DNA of 63,123 nt, counting the filler, from Reticulomyxa filosa (lineage: Eukaryota; Protista; Foraminifera): NCBI GenBank assembly GCA_000512085.1. It is 18 parts of 18 records of this genome, joined end to end, with 100 filler letters (N's around TTAATTAATTAA, not from the genome) between each part and the next. Parts side by side here need not be neighbours in the genome. Positions count along the whole stretch, not along the records: positions 57,316 to 61,276 come from ASPP01015235.1; positions 61,377 to 63,123 come from ASPP01005947.1; 16 more parts are not named here. One strand, 5' to 3'. The notes under the pieces were generated by a model. It was not told where the DNA came from. It did not search any database and was given only the letters and a program-made list of their open reading frames with translations. This document shows, piece by piece, positions 59,831-63,123 of the stretch. Position 1 is the first letter of the stretch. Each line of letters starts with the position of its first letter. The position numbers were made by a program, and so were the translations under genes.

Positions 59831-61946
59831 GTTGTTAATATTAGAACTATTATGTGGTTTAGACTTTTATAAAAAAGGGATAACATGAAAGAAGGTTGTC
59901 TCTTTTGAGAAAACCTTACTATTACATTAAGGAAAAAAATATGATTTGTTGTATTTGGTAAATTTGTTTGTTTATTTTTATCTGTACATTGCAATCGTTA
60001 AAAATCTGACTCCATTTTTGTTATTGTTGTGCATGTAATTGTTGCATGGTGGCAATGGTGTAATAATGCATATGAACTGGCTCTATTAAGGGCGTGAAGT
60101 ATATGTGTATTTTTTCTTTCTTTCTAATAAGCAATCATATATGTCATTTTTTTTGTCTTTTTAAAAAAACTGTTTGTAGGGATAAACTCTTTGACGCATT
60201 TGGGATGTGATTAAAAAATTGGACTAGAAGGAAATTAACCGTATTATTGAAGAAGAAAAATAGTAAAGAGAATACGGTGGTAGTGACAAGACAGAACAAG
60301 ATGAAGTGTCGTTCTAAAAAAAAATATTTTTGTAAGGCATAAGTGTTTGTTTTCTCTGCTTACGAGTGCTTTTTTTAAAGCAAGATTTTGAAGGAAACTT
60401 GTTTTGGATTGACAAAACACGTGAAACAATGAGGTACGTTTGTTGCCTCAAAATAACAGCAATAATTGGAGAGGTGAATATTATCCAAAAAAAAGCAAAA
60501 AGGGTTCAAATAAACGGTATTGTTTTCTTTTTTGAGTAATTCGTGAATCAAATCTAATACTGACATTTACCCTTCAAAAGAATTTTTTCCAAAACATCAA
60601 ACTAGTAAAAAAGGAGTTACTGCGGATAAATGTTTTCATGCATATAAAAAAATTCTACTTGTTTTATTGTATCCTTTTTTTTATCAAGGAAATACTTCCT
60701 GAAATGATACTTTTATAGTATGATTTCAACAAAAAGTTCATTTTATGTAAGATTCGAAACAAATGTTGATTACAGTTCGTGGCAAAAAAACTCATCTGTT
60801 CAAGTGTTAAGGACAATACTCTCTTCAATTTTGATGCAGGAAATATTCATTTGACTACCAAGAGTTAAAAAGAAAAACAAAAAACTTGATGTTTTTTTTC
60901 TTTTGTGTAATGTTAAAATATTTTTAAATTTTTTTTGTAATTAAACTTTGATTGATTTATTTTTTGCCATTTGGTTTGTTTTGTAACAAATAATTTTGTA
61001 ATAATTTTTTCTTTCATTGCATTGTTGTAACTTTTCAAGCTTAAAACTTTGTACATTTATACCTGTATTCATAAAGTATCGTGATAGTCCATTGCAAATA
61101 ATAATCTAAATAAGGCTATCTATAATGTCTAAATTGTATTTGATCATAAATGAATTTTTCATTACATGATTTACCACAATTCAATAAAATTGCACAAATT
61201 TGATATAATTGAAGTGGATATCCTATTTGTTTATATCTTCAATTCATTTAATATTGTTAATATTTTATCATTTAATNNNNNNNNNNNNNNNNNNNNNNNN
61301 NNNNNNNNNNNNNNNNNNNNTTAATTAATTAANNNNNNNNNNNNNNNNNNNNNNNNNNNNNNNNNNNNNNNNNNNNAAATATATATCACAAGAATTTTAC
61401 AAATAGTCATTCAAATCTTTGCTTTTTTCTTTAAAATTACAATTCATGTAATTTGTTTCTTTTTGTACAAATTGTATTGGAAATGTCAAATGCAATTTAC
61501 AATTATTGTTTTGTCAATCGACTTTGATCATACAAGCAGTTCTCATGATGTTAAACTGGACAACATAACCCTTTTGCGAACAAAAATTACTTATTATGTC
61601 GAATTTCATAATAACTGTTTGTATTATCAAACCGGGTAGATCATTACGAATTGATGACTTAAAAGTTATATTTGCACATCATTTTGTAATTATCTTTTAC
61701 ACATTGCAATTGTTTAATTTTTCATTTTTAATAAAAGTATAATATAACCGAAAGAGCAAAAAGTAACTTGGGAGAAGATGAAGTAAAATGGATCGTAAAA
61801 AACTGTGCAAAAAATGTAAGGAAACAAATGCATGTTTGGCGAGAAGGCTCTTCATCAAACAATTATTGTTTTTATCTACACAAGCCAACTTCAATCTTGA
61901 CAAATCACACGTTATCAAAAAATCACAAAAACACCCAAAAAATATT

Positions 61947-63010
61947 TCAATGTCCAAAGGAAATGAAATCAAAATGACACAAAGCAATCCAAACAAAAGA
62001 AAAATCAATTATGCTGTGCATCGGTATTTTTTGATGGTTCAGTAGTTTTTGAAGATTCGGCAGCCTTTGAAGGTTCAGTAGTCTTTGAAGATTCAGCAGT
62101 TTTTGAAGATTCTGCGTTTTTGAAGATTCTGTCGTTTTTGACGATTCTGTCGTTTTTGACGACTCTGTAGATTTAGATGGATCTGGAGTTTTTAGAGCGT
62201 CGCTCGATTTTGGCTTGTGCTCTTTTGGCTTGTGCTCTTTTGGTTTGTGCTCTTTTGAATTGTGCTCTTTTGGATTGTGCTCCTTTGGTTTGTGATCTTT
62301 TGACCTGTGCTCTTTTTGCTTGGGGTCTCTCGATTTTGACTTTTCTTTTGATTTAGACTTCTCTCTTGATTTGGATTGTCCTCTTGATTTAGATCTCTCT
62401 TTCGATTTGGATTTGTCTTTGGACTTGGATTGATCTATTGATTTTGAAGATGTCGTTTTTGGCAGTGGCGTTGCATTTTTATCTGCAGGAGTTTCATCTT
62501 TTGGTTTGGGTGGCTCTTCTCGCATAATGACTTGAGAAAATCGACAAGCGATTCCAAATTGTATACTTTCAATGCATGAATATCGGCCATACGTTGAAAA
62601 GACTTGGATTTTGAACCAACGGCTGGACTGCTGGACGGTTAAATTAGTTTTGAATTCTTGCCATTCCTTGGTCTGTTGACTGGTGAAAGTAAAGCATTCC
62701 ACCCATCCTTTTTCTTCGTCCTCCTCCTTGGAATTGGGGAAACTCACACTGAGATTTCTCCAAGAAAACACTTTGAGTTCCTTCACACAGTCAATATCGT
62801 CAAAGTGATTTTTCAACTTAATTACTTGTGGATAAGAATAGAACGGTATTTCCGCGACAAAATATTGATCAGCAACTTGTTGACATGTACGATACGACCA
62901 ACGAGAGCCTTTGGTCAAATCGAATAACGTTTTTGCGTTCTCTTGTTCCACATTACTTTTGAGTACTCGACACCCGGCGGTATAACCTTAGGAATAATGT
63001 CAATTATATG
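61947..63010 (-). CDS. Discoidin/galactose-binding-like domain followed by a charged low-complexity repeat tail (5' partial, frameshifted)
   Basis: NAKTLFD...RWS...VKELKVF...EWQEF...RWFKIQVFSTYG...CIESIQF resembles an F5/8C/APC10-like jelly roll. The tail has KSK/KSR, KEHKP and TTESSK repeats. Confidence 0.55.
62030..62320 (-). repeat. Coding tandem repeats: 18-bp (TTESSK) and 15-bp (KEHKP)
   Basis: An ACAGAATCxTCAAAAACx-type unit occurs about 7 times at 62030-62170. An AAAGAGCACAAxCCA-type unit occurs about 6 times at 62210-62320. Confidence 0.85.
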
Positions 63011-63123
63011 TACATTTATATTATACTGTATTTGTTTCTGAATTGTGTCACCATTAAAAAAAATTGTCTCTCCCTTTGATGCAAAAAAAAAAAAAAGTGT
63101 GAAACCTGTTTCTTCGGTCATGT

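Noticed and set aside
1-63123. Operon-like or cluster interpretation across the window (e.g. linking the DOMON-b561 gene with the globin channel as a haem locus)
   Set aside because: The genes sit on different contigs joined artificially, so adjacency across spacers carries no information.

Overview
This is eukaryotic, intron-rich, AT-rich DNA, and it is not one locus. It is 18 unlinked contigs joined by 17 identical artificial 100-nt spacers (44 N + TTAATTAATTAA + 44 N). The expanded kelch, WD40 and caspase-like families, homopolymer-rich short introns and many decayed paralogues suggest a rhizarian/foraminiferan draft genome such as Reticulomyxa; this is an inference from recalled family motifs, not a search result. 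Recognisable genes, most truncated at contig ends: a Pro/Thr mucin-like surface protein, an ABCA transporter, a MAN1/Src1-type inner nuclear membrane protein, a 2xDOMON-cytochrome b561, a DENN protein, PRP19, a divergent G-alpha, a SPRY protein, transportin-1, a PARN/CAF1 ribonuclease, prefoldin-2, a DysF protein, WD40 and kelch paralogues and pseudogenes, a caspase-like pseudogene, a LINE RT relic and one bacterial-looking TPR contig. The standout is a complete 5-exon gene at 35177-37858 (-). Its exons splice in phase into one 752-aa protein with two N-terminal globin domains fused to a Cys-less pentameric ligand-gated ion channel, with no signal peptide. It is a candidate haem/gas-gated ion channel. 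Secondary highlights: a ~30-aa box shared by kelch C-termini and a WD40 N-terminus, a likely CUG start in the PARN-like gene, and a Met-to-His haem-ligand swap in a DOMON domain.
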